A DNA stretch of 8,417 bases from Azolla caroliniana (lineage: Eukaryota > Plantae > Polypodiophyta). Positions 8,063 through 8,417 of the stretch are shown here, in pieces (within the stretch, counting starts at the first letter, position 1; every line of letters begins with the position of its first letter). The translations under genes and the position numbers were made by a program. The notes under the pieces were generated by a model, which saw nothing but the letters and a program-made list of their open reading frames with translations, was not told where the DNA came from and did not search any database. The stretch lies in contig JBHGNT010001443.1 in assembly GCA_043228905.1 (NCBI GenBank), positions 1-8,417 of the forward strand, in the 5' to 3' direction.

Positions 8063-8417
8063 GTGTTAAATCTACTCTCATTAATAAAATATTATTCAGA
8101 TTCTGCTTTGTGAACAGATAGAAGCTTCCTGGGTTATATTTTCCGAGAGAGAGAAAGAATACAAATGCAATAAAATGAAATATAAAAGTTTATACAGTTA
8201 AATTCATTACTTTTATCTTTTGCATTCCTATTCTTTTATATATTTCATTATTGCTGAGGACAAAGGGCATTCCTGTATATTGAACTTATGATGATGCCAT
8301 GAAACATGCGTGGCTTAGTGATTTCGAACTTATGATTAGAGTTTACTGTGCTTTTCCAGCGTAATGGATGAATTGTCATATATTTGTGTATTATAACATG
8401 CGATTGTGTTTACTCTT
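8063..8417 (+). other. Putative first coding-region intron of the myosin VIII gene (3' end outside the window)
   Basis: It starts with GT, is AT-rich, and shows no myosin-like translation that I could recognise before the window end. Confidence 0.65.

Noticed and set aside
8341-8372. Acceptor-like CTTTTCCAG at 8359 as the start of myosin exon 2
   Set aside because: The phase-0 continuation reads CGT AAT GGA TGA (stop) and shows no SH3-like myosin sequence.

Overview
This is AT-rich land-plant nuclear DNA; the style of the LINE and PPR relics suggests a fern or other non-seed plant, which is an inference. From left to right: (1) a minus-strand, 5'-truncated L1-clade LINE reverse-transcriptase fragment running off the left edge (1-~400), which the ORF track omits. 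(2) About 5 kb of decayed, CpG-poor intergenic DNA holding a 243-bp TIR element (hAT-type MITE candidate) inserted in a (CG)/(CA) microsatellite, plus scattered relics of PLS-class PPR genes. (3) A CpG-rich promoter with an RY palindrome and five ACGT-core (ABRE/G-box) sites. (4) A degenerate tandem array of ~120-bp units (7 full and 2 partial) in a pyrimidine-rich, ATG-depleted putative 5' leader, followed by (CT)16, candidate UTR introns and a short uORF. (5) The first coding exon of a class VIII myosin-like gene (7484-8062), which has an internal 27-aa tandem duplication, then intron to the window end. Family assignments come from recalled motifs, and no database searches were run.
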